IMG/VR virus record: IMGVR_UViG_3300012920_000041
Span: 1 to 60,541 of that record
Source: a virus
Lineage: Duplodnaviria; Caudoviricetes
Direction: 5' to 3' (one strand)
DNA: 60,541 bases
In this document: one piece after another, positions 17,301 through 27,300 of the stretch
Numbering within the stretch: position 1 is the first letter of the stretch
Layout of the letters: each line of letters begins with the position of its first letter
Program-made: the position numbers and the translations under genes
Notes under the pieces: generated by a model
What the model saw: only the letters and a program-made list of their open reading frames with translations
Databases searched by the model: none
Told to the model about the DNA's origin: nothing

Positions 17301-20300
17301 TTTAATATTTTTATTTTTTTCATAAGGAACTAAACCGGCACCTTTTGTAGTTCTATCTAATCTTGTATATAATTTAGGATTTTTTAATAATTTATTAGGA
17401 ACATTAGTTGCTGTACCAATTAATTTTTCTGTTACAGCCTCACCTTTTAATATTGCTGCTTGCGGCAATGCTAACTTAATTGTTTTAACATTATTTTTTA
17501 TTAAATTTTGTACTCTTGAAAATTCATCTTGAGTAAAATTAGCTGCGCCCGTTAGCTTTTTAGCAGGCATGTTTAATTTTTTTGCAATAGTTTCCGCCAT
17601 TAAATTAGGCAGCGTTTTAAAAGTTAATTGTTCTTCCGTAATATTAGGAAGTTCTTCTTTTACTTTTTCTTTAAATTGTTTTTGTTCTTCAGGTAAAAGA
17701 ATTTTTTCAGCTATTTTAATTTTTGGCAATTCTTCTTGAACAAAAGTTTCAACAACCTCGGGTTCTGCTGCTTGTGTTTCTGCTATTTGTACATCAGCTA
17801 TATCTGTAGTAAACTCTTCTCCTAAAACTTTTTTAGATGCAGCAATAACTCTTTTAGGTAATAAACTATTTATATATGCGGCTAATGGAACTCCTGAATC
17901 TTTTTTATAACTTCTAATTAAATCAAATATACCGCCTTCGCCAGTTTCTATTTCGCTTACTAATTCTTCTTCATTATAATTAGGAGCATTTTTTCTTTTA
18001 CGTGCTAAGTTTAAAGTTATAGGCTTGAACTCTTGAATTATTTCAAAAGCTGCATTATCAGCGCCTTTTTCCTCATATAATTTTTGTACTAATTCTGATG
18101 CTTTTTTTGACATTACAATTTCATCAGCTTGTATTTCTTCAGGAACTAATTTTAAAACATTTTTAGATAATTCGCCTTGTTTAATATTTTGAGAATAATT
18201 ACGCATAAAATTATATACGTCTTTACCTGTCTTAAATTTATTTTTATATCCTTTAGAGCCAAAAATTTTTTGTAAAAAATCTTTTATTTTAGTAAATATT
18301 GTTTCGTTATAATTAACTTTACCTTCTAAAATTGCATTACTAAATTGAGTTAAAAATTCATCGGGGTTATTTTGCATGTACGCTTCATCATACGCGGGTT
18401 CATCTTTAATTATATTATCTATAATTTTTGAATTTTCTTCGCCTACGATAGTTTTAAACTCTTGTATTAAACTTTTACCTTTATCTTTAGCAGTTTTAAA
18501 TTGATTTTTTAAAATTACATGTAATAACTCGTGCTGCGCAACATCTATATCCCCTGTTTCAACCGCTATTTCTTCATTAATATATATTTTATTATCCGCT
18601 GGGTTTACAAAAGCTCCTGCTGTTAAAGCCTCTTTATTTGTAATATTATATTTATTTTTTAATTCTTCACTATTTTTTACTCGAATAATATTTTTTCCTT
18701 TAATAGCTTTAGTAATAGTTCCTGTTTGAGCGTCTAAGGCTAAGACATTTAATCTTTTATTTATATTTTTTAATTCTTCTTTCAAAGGCTGATTTAAGCC
18801 TTCGTTGTTTTGCTCTTTAATTTGGTTTGTTAAAGCGTTACCTCTTTTTAATAATTCAACAACTTCAACTTTTTGTGTGTTATTAAAAGCTATATTTTTT
18901 ATTTGATTAGTCGCTTGCTGTGTTGCTCTAAAATTTAATTTTATTTCTTCTCCTTTTGTTTTAGTTATTCTACCTCCTAAAACTTCTCTATTAACTTTAT
19001 CATCTAAAATTTTATCTGCTCCTTTAATTTGTGCTATCTTTACCTGAGCCTGATCTGTAGCATTTATTGGATCAAATGCATAACTAATATTTGTATATTC
19101 GGTTGGTTTTAAATCTTTATTGATTTTAGATAAAACTATTGCATCTTTAATACCACTCCTAATTTTTGCAATATTTATAGGGGCTCCATATGCACCTCCA
19201 CCGGCAACACCTAAAATAAAAGCATTACTTACACCTTCAAAAGGGTCTTTATTATTAATTAAATTTTGTGTAATCTGTGTTGCTACTTCTTCTGTGCCTT
19301 CGCCAACCATAGCCACAGGAATACCTAATTTTTTTAAAGCTGTTTCATAAGATTCGACTAGCCAATTTTTAAATACCCTTTGGCCAACCTCAGGGCCTTC
19401 TCTAAATATAATATCTTTATATACATTTCCTATAGCGCCAGCCCCCATTAAACTTTCAAAAAAACCTTCAGCCGCTGCCATACCTAATCCTTTTAGTGTA
19501 TTTATAGCTTCAGCTTGCTCAGGATTTTCAATTGCTTGCTGTCGAGCCTCAGTGCCTCCTAAAAGTGTTGTTGTACCAACAGTCATCCCTAGCCTACCAA
19601 GCCCAGCAACACCCCCGGCCATAATAGCAGCAGTTGTAGGCAAACTTTGAGCTAATTGCCCTGCAGTTACTAAAGCTGCTTTTTTATATCCTTCTGGTGT
19701 ACCATCTAAATTTTCTAGTATATCATTTTGTAAATTTTTTTGTTGTTCAAAATTTTGTACTTTTTTTAAACGGTCTTCTCTTTCTTCTATTAATGATTCA
19801 ATTATAGGTTGAGCATTAATTTTTTCATTAAATTCTTTCGTTGACCACATAGGCGGCAAATCCATCAACTCATTAATTTTTTGAGCCGCAACACCTATAG
19901 CACTATAATCTTTAGTAACGCCATATAAAAATCCAGGAATACTAAAAATTGCTTCTCCTAAAGATAAATCACCCACCTTTAATAGTTCAGATAAATAATC
20001 TGTATTATCATTTATGGTTCGGTCCTCATCTTTTTTTAATTTAATTCTTTCTAAATCTTGTTGTCTAACTTTTTTTCTTACACTAGTTTTTGGTAAGTCC
20101 AAAGAAATATTTTCCAAAACGGAATCCGTACCTTCGAGCACTGGCATTGGCTCCTTCACAGCTGTGCTCTCTTTCTCCTGTGAAGGGTTTGTCTTTCCCA
20201 ATTCTGTAATTTCATTTTCATCTAATAAAACCGCATTGGGATATAGTATTTTAAATCTAGCTACACGATCAGTAGGTAAATCATAAGTAATACCGTTAGC

Positions 20301-20315
20301 TTTATATAGTGGCAT
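14376..20315 (-). CDS. Giant multidomain internal virion/ejection protein with zincin HExxH motif and sigma70-like module
   Basis: 1979 aa, last of three genes after the tail genes; HELLH at 18519-18533; sigma region 2-like segment about 17821-18053. Confidence 0.7.
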   Translation of the reverse strand: MPLYKANGITYDLPTDRVARFKILYPNAVLLDENEITELGKTNPSQEKESTAVKEPMPVLEGTDSVLENISLDLPKTSVRKKVRQQDLERIKLKKDEDRTINDNTDYLSELLKVGDLSLGEAIFSIPGFLYGVTKDYSAIGVAAQKINELMDLPPMWSTKEFNEKINAQPIIESLIEEREDRLKKVQNFEQQKNLQNDILENLDGTPEGYKKAALVTAGQLAQSLPTTAAIMAGGVAGLGRLGMTVGTTTLLGGTEARQQAIENPEQAEAINTLKGLGMAAAEGFFESLMGAGAIGNVYKDIIFREGPEVGQRVFKNWLVESYETALKKLGIPVAMVGEGTEEVATQITQNLINNKDPFEGVSNAFILGVAGGGAYGAPINIAKIRSGIKDAIVLSKINKDLKPTEYTNISYAFDPINATDQAQVKIAQIKGADKILDDKVNREVLGGRITKTKGEEIKLNFRATQQATNQIKNIAFNNTQKVEVVELLKRGNALTNQIKEQNNEGLNQPLKEELKNINKRLNVLALDAQTGTITKAIKGKNIIRVKNSEELKNKYNITNKEALTAGAFVNPADNKIYINEEIAVETGDIDVAQHELLHVILKNQFKTAKDKGKSLIQEFKTIVGEENSKIIDNIIKDEPAYDEAYMQNNPDEFLTQFSNAILEGKVNYNETIFTKIKDFLQKIFGSKGYKNKFKTGKDVYNFMRNYSQNIKQGELSKNVLKLVPEEIQADEIVMSKKASELVQKLYEEKGADNAAFEIIQEFKPITLNLARKRKNAPNYNEEELVSEIETGEGGIFDLIRSYKKDSGVPLAAYINSLLPKRVIAASKKVLGEEFTTDIADVQIAETQAAEPEVVETFVQEELPKIKIAEKILLPEEQKQFKEKVKEELPNITEEQLTFKTLPNLMAETIAKKLNMPAKKLTGAANFTQDEFSRVQNLIKNNVKTIKLALPQAAILKGEAVTEKLIGTATNVPNKLLKNPKLYTRLDRTTKGAGLVPYEKNKNIKDEDLLEAVGIINNKLTKGPRDPEAQTAKGILNILGRTGTNQEVRIQGPEIQKVSKTQQTDLRAGVGDDLLFSFNTKGDGNWEINSRFGDEQFQKYNFKIGNINYQITTTSNDNDIQYEILESTEDIPDDFFITDPKSITLLFQDEEGSVRATGASLAGETNAIKVFSVVANATIDLIKDKKFNSVTFTGKGESRKKLYEALLSKFSKELGWDSYTFQDNFDLNETIYVAYDSKIKNESQELKQLAFSKKKAAAKNNSKLPKSKQLKKGSSNQAVLNEMKLLDEEIKQRRKEFFDTEKLSQDFNIIIENKTGIAKEKKYGDARAKTVGANKGRFKFFIPPSAEDFVGLLYNTLGKGKLGEQQMAWYKENLLDPYARAMNEISSARVALFEDYKTLKKDLKIIPKNLRKKIPGDDFTVEQAVRAYIWNKQGMEVPGLEDADVRELISYVADNNELVVFANNLININKGKGYPEPDVGWEAGTITTDLINAINTTRRAEALQQWQQNVDIIFSKDNLNKLQAVYGTGYRKALENILTRMKTGRNRGYNKDEITGRFTDWINNSVGAIMFFNSRSALLQTISNINFINYSDNNVFKAAKAFSNQKQYWSDFMFLFNSDFLKERRGGLRFNVSESDIADMAKEGGARGVISKMLQYGFLPTQFADSFAIASGGATFYRNRLNKYKKEGLSEKKAQEKAFLDFREIAEEAQQSSRPDRISAQQAGPLGRFILAFANTPAQYARLTKKALSDAVNNRGSRIENISKAIYYTVVQNLIFNALQNALFAFAFDDEEPTDKEKEKKYLRIANGMADGFLRGLGFAGAGVATGKNIILKLIDESDKAEYKREYGRVLALEAVGISPPVQSKVKKLVRAGDQYKYAVKGFEKARELKDYLNIELYMPGANALSASTNIPLDRLLRKTDNIVNMTRSDVAAWQQAALLFGWSDWELGIDKKSKNKNTDDFVIEDDNFVIEDNFVIEE
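14381..14438. repeat. Three-copy tandem repeat (TTCTATTACAAAATTATC) encoding the acidic D(N/D)FVIE tail
   Basis: Seen directly; protein ends DDFVIEDDNFVIEDNFVIEE. Confidence 0.85.
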
Positions 20316-20316
20316 A

Positions 20317-21840
20317 TTAATTAGATTTTACTGTAAATTGTTCAAATTCTTCTTTAGTTGGTTTTTGATATAATCCTAATAATTCAGCTATATCATCAAT
20401 TTCATTTTTTTCTCCGGCTGGCAAAGTAAATCTATAAGCTTCTAAAACACCATAAATATTTTTATTATTATCAAAAGCTTTAATAGGTGTTTTTATCGGG
20501 GTACCTTCTTTATTTTTTTTACCCGTATTAAATAAAAGTTGGCCATTTTTAGCTGATATATTTTGTACTCCATAATTATTTAATATATTAGCAGCATCAA
20601 CAGCAGTAATTTCAAGTTCTGGTTTAGCTTGTATATCGCCTGTTAAAGATCTTGTGTCTCCTATACCAAATTGTTCTTTAGGTATAAAATCTGTTGGTTT
20701 ATAAATTTGTTTTACCGCTTCAGCTATATCTGAAACTATTTGTATTTTACGTTGATCTGGTAGGTTTTTTCTACCTCCGCGCCCACCACCGCGACCTCCT
20801 CTTAGCCTCATATCAAATGCTTTACTAGCTTCTGATACAGGCAATAACTCGGCGGCATAAGAATTAAATCTTTCAAGATATTTCATTTTTAAATTATTAT
20901 CAGAATATAATTGAGCTATATTAATTCGTTCAGGGTCTTCTTTTTTTCTAATTACGGCCCAAATAGCTTCAGCTTGTAATGGATCAGTTAAAAAAGATTC
21001 CGCTTTAGCATTTAATTGACCACCAACAACGGTTGCAACTTTGCCTGCATTAATTTTTTTTCTAAATTGTACAATACCTTTAGCACCATATAAAAATTCA
21101 TTTTCTTTAGATTGATAAGCTTCAGCTAAATAACCATCTTTATTTGATATGCCATTAGAACTATATATTTTTTTAATTTGTTCTGGCAAATTAGCTAATA
21201 TTGTAGGAGTATAATTAAAAAATAATTCAGCGGGTTCATTAACTATGGTTCTACCATTAGTATCTTTAATATTAATTATCCAATTACCAGTTTCGTCCAT
21301 AGTTAAAGATTGCGTACCCTCTTTAGTTCCTGTCCTAACCGACATTCCTTCTACATATTTATCTATTCCCGGCTGAGTTCTGCTAATACCACCCGGTCCA
21401 CCGGCTAATACTGGATCATATGTTTCTGTATAATATGCATTTGATTCTATGCCATCGTTTAAAAGTCCATATAATTTGCCTAAAGCTTGCGAATATTTGC
21501 CTTGCTCTTCTAAATATTTTTTTCTTAGTTCAGGATCAGAAGAATTACGGCCATTTAAATAAGCATTAGTATCTTCATCTAATAATTTACTAACTTCATT
21601 AAATAATTGAGGATCTGCTTTTAATTTGTATAAATTTTCATATACAGAATTTTGTCTATTTAAAGAATATTCAGCAGTTTCATCTAAAATTTTCTGTACA
21701 CGCGCGGCTTCTTCGTCATCTTTTTGTTTTGTAAATTGTATATAATCAACAGTTTGTTGACTAATATTATTCATAACACTAGCCCATACTAAACCTGCTT
21801 TACTTTCATCGACGAAGTTTGGATTTTCATATGCTCCCAT
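20317..21840 (-). CDS. Putative internal virion/ejection protein
   Basis: 507 aa, middle of the ejection-type trio; RGGRGGGRGGR tract. Confidence 0.55.
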   Translation of the reverse strand: MGAYENPNFVDESKAGLVWASVMNNISQQTVDYIQFTKQKDDEEAARVQKILDETAEYSLNRQNSVYENLYKLKADPQLFNEVSKLLDEDTNAYLNGRNSSDPELRKKYLEEQGKYSQALGKLYGLLNDGIESNAYYTETYDPVLAGGPGGISRTQPGIDKYVEGMSVRTGTKEGTQSLTMDETGNWIINIKDTNGRTIVNEPAELFFNYTPTILANLPEQIKKIYSSNGISNKDGYLAEAYQSKENEFLYGAKGIVQFRKKINAGKVATVVGGQLNAKAESFLTDPLQAEAIWAVIRKKEDPERINIAQLYSDNNLKMKYLERFNSYAAELLPVSEASKAFDMRLRGGRGGGRGGRKNLPDQRKIQIVSDIAEAVKQIYKPTDFIPKEQFGIGDTRSLTGDIQAKPELEITAVDAANILNNYGVQNISAKNGQLLFNTGKKNKEGTPIKTPIKAFDNNKNIYGVLEAYRFTLPAGEKNEIDDIAELLGLYQKPTKEEFEQFTVKSN

Positions 21841-22739
21841 TATCTATTAGCTATTATATTATCTCCTGTTCTTATTTGACTAAACAACGCGTCGTCATTA
21901 AACTGCCTCACCTCCTGGTTTTGAGGCATATCACTTTTTGGTTGATATTGACTCTTCATATATGCTCCTGCTGTACTTGTAACTCCCTGAATACCTGATC
22001 CAATTATAGCAGCAGCATTAGCTCTTTCATTTGCTTGAGTTTGTGCTTGATTAGTTATTTGTGCTTGTGTTCTATTTAATTGTTCAGTTTCTCTTCTTTC
22101 GCGTGTAGCGAATTCAAAATCTTTTGCAGCAACGTCAGCTTGTTGTAATCTTAACGCTTCAGCCACTTCAGCGCTTTGAATTCTACCTGCTTCTTGCATT
22201 TGTATTCGCTCTAAATTAGCTTGTCCCTGCGCTCGTAGTCTTTCATTTTTAAGCTCTTGTTGTTCTATATTAGCTGAAACACCTTTTTTACTAGCCATTG
22301 CGGCTCGAGCTAAAGCGGTAGCACCTCCAGCGCTTGCACCTGTAGCTGCTAATATATCTAAAGTATTTGCTAAAGCTTGATCTGTTTGTTCTATTTGAAT
22401 TTCGGCCGCTTGTGTAGCAACACCTAAATTCGCATACGGATTACTTACCATTCCTGATAAATCTTGAAACATACTTGAAATATCTTCTACTCCCTCATAA
22501 GGATTTATAATTTGTTGTCTATTTCTTTCTAATGCTTTTAATTCTCTTTCAAGTCTACGTCTTTCACCTGCGGCTTGTTTTGCTCTTTTATTAGCTTTAC
22601 TTGCACCAAAAATACTTCCAAACAAACTTGCAGCCCCTGAAATAATAGCCGCTGCAGTAACAGGTTCAATACCTTTTACAAGACCTTGAATTTCATGGCC
22701 GTACCATACAAGTTTTAAAATTTCAATTATTTGTTCCAT
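21840..22739 (-). CDS. Putative ejection (pilot) protein
   Basis: N-terminal Gly/Ala hydrophobic helix, Ala/Gln-rich coiled coil, position after the tail genes. Confidence 0.6.
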   Translation of the reverse strand: MEQIIEILKLVWYGHEIQGLVKGIEPVTAAAIISGAASLFGSIFGASKANKRAKQAAGERRRLERELKALERNRQQIINPYEGVEDISSMFQDLSGMVSNPYANLGVATQAAEIQIEQTDQALANTLDILAATGASAGGATALARAAMASKKGVSANIEQQELKNERLRAQGQANLERIQMQEAGRIQSAEVAEALRLQQADVAAKDFEFATRERRETEQLNRTQAQITNQAQTQANERANAAAIIGSGIQGVTSTAGAYMKSQYQPKSDMPQNQEVRQFNDDALFSQIRTGDNIIANR

Positions 22740-22748
22740 GTTTTATTA

Positions 22749-24278
22749 TCAATAAGATGCTACGTTATATTGTGAAGATACAGCAAATATTTCTTTCATA
22801 CCTCCTGGATCTGTGTTGGTATCAGTTGATATTGTTACAGTAGTAAAATATCCTTTTATACCAGTCATTTGATTGCCAAATCTAACTTCACCTACTGTTG
22901 CTGGGCTATTATTAATTATATTGGCAAAATATTTATTTTCTTTGCGATCAAACCCTGCTCTATTAATAGGGGGTGTCATAGTTGCAGGAAATTGATTACC
23001 AAAATTATCATATGCTCCCTCATTATAGCTATATATTAAAGCAGTACTATCGCTTGTATTAGACTTATCAAAATTATCTCCTGTTGAAGTTGTTTCCCAA
23101 CCTGTATCTATAGAGCCTATACCTGTTTTATCTGATATAATGTTGTCAACTTGCCAACCATTGCTACCTTCGTAATTAATAGTTTTAAATACTTTTGAAG
23201 CACTTACTTGTGGATTAAATATAAATTTAATAGTAGCTTTATATTGTGTGCCATAAAAATTAGCTCTATTTACTAATTCACTATTATGTCTATATAGTTC
23301 TGCTTTTTTATTTGAACTTGTGCCATTATTAAAAGTATAAAAAATATTTTTTAAACTAGTACCCATAGCTGGTTTATAACTATAAAAACTTGTCCATCCT
23401 TTTACCGATTCATCAAAAGAAACAGTATAATAATTAGTTGTTATATTTTCGCCTAAAGGGCCGAGTGTATATGATTGATTTGGTTGCAATGAAACTACGT
23501 ATTGTTTAGTATGTATATCCCACATACCAAAAGCTCTACCCACTCCATATTGACTATCAAGTCCACTAAGTTTATCACGAAAAAAATCATACATACCATA
23601 GCGTTGTATTTCTTCTAAACCATCTCTTGATAATCTCATTACTGCATTACGATCTTTGTCTGTAAAATATTTTCTAAATCCATATACCGCAAAGCTTTCT
23701 GGATTACGACTTATACCAAATTCGCCTAAATATCCTTGGGGCTCTCCAATAACCATGTTGCTCGCAGTTATAGACGGATTGCCTTCAGCTGTATAAATAA
23801 CATTTTTATTTATTGGAGCGCGGCTTACTTTATCCTCTTGAAATATATTTAAATAATAATCTTCAGCATATAATTTTTGTATTGTGCCTTTAGCTGGATC
23901 TAAACTTCTAGTTATATCCTCTCCAACACTAAAAACATTACTTTCATTTATACCAGTTGTAGAATTAAATATACCTGAATATATTAAAGCATGGCCTCTA
24001 AATCTAGCATTAGGTTCTTCTTCAACTAAATAAGCTCTAGGGCCATATGTAACACTTGTATTATTATATCCACCGCGTATACGAGATTCTTCTAGCATCC
24101 AATTACGGGTTTCATTATTTGTTTCAGGCGTTATATTTCCATAAGCGCTAACACCAGTTTCTCCTGGATTATAATTTGGTATACCATATGATCCATTCCA
24201 AACAGGTGTATTACTAGAATTTACAACTTTTTTTAAAACAAAGCTGTTAAAGTATCGAACTTCTACAATTGCACTCAT
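22749..24278 (-). CDS. Tail nozzle/stabilisation-type structural protein
   Basis: GEFGISRNPESFA...YFTD...RLS.DG, WTSFYSY, KVFKTINYEG; beta-propeller-like; tail position. Confidence 0.6.
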   Translation of the reverse strand: MSAIVEVRYFNSFVLKKVVNSSNTPVWNGSYGIPNYNPGETGVSAYGNITPETNNETRNWMLEESRIRGGYNNTSVTYGPRAYLVEEEPNARFRGHALIYSGIFNSTTGINESNVFSVGEDITRSLDPAKGTIQKLYAEDYYLNIFQEDKVSRAPINKNVIYTAEGNPSITASNMVIGEPQGYLGEFGISRNPESFAVYGFRKYFTDKDRNAVMRLSRDGLEEIQRYGMYDFFRDKLSGLDSQYGVGRAFGMWDIHTKQYVVSLQPNQSYTLGPLGENITTNYYTVSFDESVKGWTSFYSYKPAMGTSLKNIFYTFNNGTSSNKKAELYRHNSELVNRANFYGTQYKATIKFIFNPQVSASKVFKTINYEGSNGWQVDNIISDKTGIGSIDTGWETTSTGDNFDKSNTSDSTALIYSYNEGAYDNFGNQFPATMTPPINRAGFDRKENKYFANIINNSPATVGEVRFGNQMTGIKGYFTTVTISTDTNTDPGGMKEIFAVSSQYNVASY

Positions 24279-24284
24279 TTAATT

Positions 24285-24295
24285 TATAATCACTT
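24285..24295 (-). promoter_or_regulatory. Candidate late promoter AAGTGATTATA
   Basis: Related motifs in intergenic gaps at 30796, 46124 and 58313. Confidence 0.4.
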
Positions 24296-24312
24296 ATTTA
24301 TATTATTAATTA

Positions 24313-27300
24313 CTACGGCATAGCTTGTGATGGAACAGCTGTAGCTTTTTGTTTTAAACCACTTGCATCAAAGTATGCTGACCATATTCTATATGGTTGT
24401 AACTCTAACAAGGTATTACCGTAGTTTTGTTGTAATATGTTAGTACCAGACTTACTTACATTAGCTACTTGATTCCCATCATATTGAGGATATAAATCAG
24501 AGCCAGTCAATATATTGTAACCTCTCCACGCGGTTGATACACTCCAGCTGGGTGGCGTCCATGTAGTTGTTAAAGCTGCGTCTGTATAAAATTGTGTTAC
24601 ATATTTTAAAAAAGGTTCTCTTGCCCATACGGTTTGTTTCCCCCCTGATATAGCTAATTGGCTTGCGTCTTTAGCGTTATTAGATCCAGTTGTCGTTACT
24701 TGGTAAGCATATGAAGTTATACTAGGATTAGTTCTTGTATATGGGTAATACATGTCTCCCCAATCAATATTGTAAGAAAAGAACGACGAATTAGCATAAT
24801 TGCTATTAGGTAACTGCCCACCTTGTTTAACGCTATTGGGCCACCCGGGCACAATAGGCACTTGATTAAAACCTTGATTACCTCTACCCCAGGGGTATCT
24901 TATTATAAATCTATAATCGCCAAACCTATCAACTTCATCTGTATATATTTTGTTGCTATCTTTAGTTGCTGCACCTCCTACACAAAATAATTTTTTTCCT
25001 TGGGTTGCTAAATATTCTTGGTTGCTTTGATATATTGTATTTACATTTAACTGTACACAGTCCGCGCTACTTATATTGTTTGTAGTACTTGGATCATTTA
25101 CATAATTACTACTAAAGTTACTAGCTAAATTATTTTTTCTTAATCTACCCTCATAAGATAATGCTTGATTTGAATTAATAGGATAAACATTATAATCACT
25201 ATAATTGTTACCAAATGTAGCCCCAAATCTTATTTCTTGGCCTTCTATATCTTTAGCAATTTCCCAAGCATTAGGTGCTGCACCGGCTGGTCTATATTGT
25301 AAAGTAACAGGGAACATAACTTGTAATTCCTCTGTGTTTGCGTTATTATATGTATATTCTTCTATAGCATCATTGTCTATAGTTACATCAAATAATACAT
25401 ATCCAGTACCACGAGTCAAGCCTCCGTCTGCTTGTGTTACTGTTTGTGTTGCGCTACCAATAGCATTATAATTGCTATTAGCATAATCATAGGATATTCC
25501 ACCTGCTGTTTTGCTTATTGTTTTTGTTTCTATATAATTTCCTGATGTAGGTAATGTACTGTTTAAAACTAAATTATTACCATTTGACAAAGCATACGCG
25601 TTCATTGTCCTATCTAAAATAGGATTAACATTAGCTCCTGTATCCACTGCGTTTGTTGCGTCACTAGTCCAATAAATTGCTAATGAAGAACCTCCTGCAG
25701 CTAATAACGATTCTTGTGCTATATTAGCTCCTCTGCCCCAACCTGCATTTACTGCTGCATTACCAAATATAACATCTGTTGTAAAAGAATCAGTTAATTC
25801 GCCGGCGTCTTTAACTTGTATTGTTAAAGTATTTATACCGGCAGGTGTTCCAGATACTGTAATTTCTCCTGTTACACTATCAATGCTAAACTCATTGCTT
25901 GTAGGTTGAGATGTAATACTATATTCTAAATCTTTTTTATTAACCGGAGTATCCTCGCCTACTAATGTTTGTGTGTCTGCACTTCCATTGACAGAACTAA
26001 ATAAACTATTGTTTGCGTTTATACTTGTTTGTCCGACTTGTGTTGTTATTGATGACGGTTTAGGACTTATAATTGGTGCTACATTTTGTAACGCACCTGT
26101 TGAAGTTAAGGTTGCGCCGTCATTGTCGTATGTAAATTCATATTGATCTATTACATTTGAATTTAAACCATAGTAAAAAAGTCTAGCGGTTGTTAATGTG
26201 TAATTATCATATGTTGCTGGATTATTTTTATCTAATGGTTGACCATTGTTTGTGCTTTTAATTAAATTAAAATATGGCCCACTATCACCTTCTTGTATAA
26301 TTTCATTATTACCATTTCTAATATTAACTATTGTTAAATTAGAGACTTGTACTGGGCTATCATTGTTAGCAGCTGAAGCTGTTGATTGCACGGCAAATTG
26401 ATTTACAACTGTTGTGCTTAATGCCATGCCTTCATTTAAACTAAAGCTATAATTAAATAAACCTGTAGCTAAACCTTGGTTACCTGAAGTAATAGCTGTA
26501 TTTAACTCTGATATAAGGCCAGTTGTAGTTGTTTCATAATAGACATTAAGCAGTGATTCTACGGGTGCAGTTTCAAAAACACCTAATTGAAAAGCATAAC
26601 TTGAACTTGAAGATGTTAAACTACCCATTGGGTTGGATGCTATTTGTACAAACTTAGCTATTAATGGATCTGAGTTTGAATTATATAAGTCTGTAGCAGC
26701 CGAAGCAGTAATGCCAAACATATCACTTATTGTACCAATAGTAGTTACATTATTATCTAAACTAGTAAAGGTCGATGTGTTAGGATAAAAAGGTATATTA
26801 TATGTAGGTGTAGCAGAATTTTCAGGTGTAACTCTACCAAATAATTCTACACTACTTCTTGAAACCATTAAAGTTTCGTTACCTTCACTAAACTCATCTT
26901 CAGAAGATCTAAATTGTTTTTGATCTGGTCCTACTAATGATAAATCTCTTGGTATTTTGTTTATGTTATCACTAAACAATGTTACAAACCCTACTTGCCC
27001 AGCAACATCATCTAAATTAGTTACTGTATTAGGAGGGCCATCCATTATACCTGGTGAATAAACATTGTAATATTCTTGTTCAGTTTGTTTTATTACAATT
27101 TTAAATGAGTACCAACCTAAAGGATTATAATCTGATGACCCAGTATTACCATTATATAAACCAGGAGCACCAGAGCTTAATGATTTAGCACTTGATATTT
27201 GATCATTAAACAATAATTTTATTGAATCACCTTTAAGTGTTGATATTGGTAAAGATGTTGCTTCATCAGTTGTTCTATAGTTATGATAAACAGTTGCAGC

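Noticed and set aside
14376-20315. Virion RNA polymerase as in crAss-like phages
   Set aside because: No DxDxD/DFDxD catalytic motif seen in this or the adjacent ejection-type proteins
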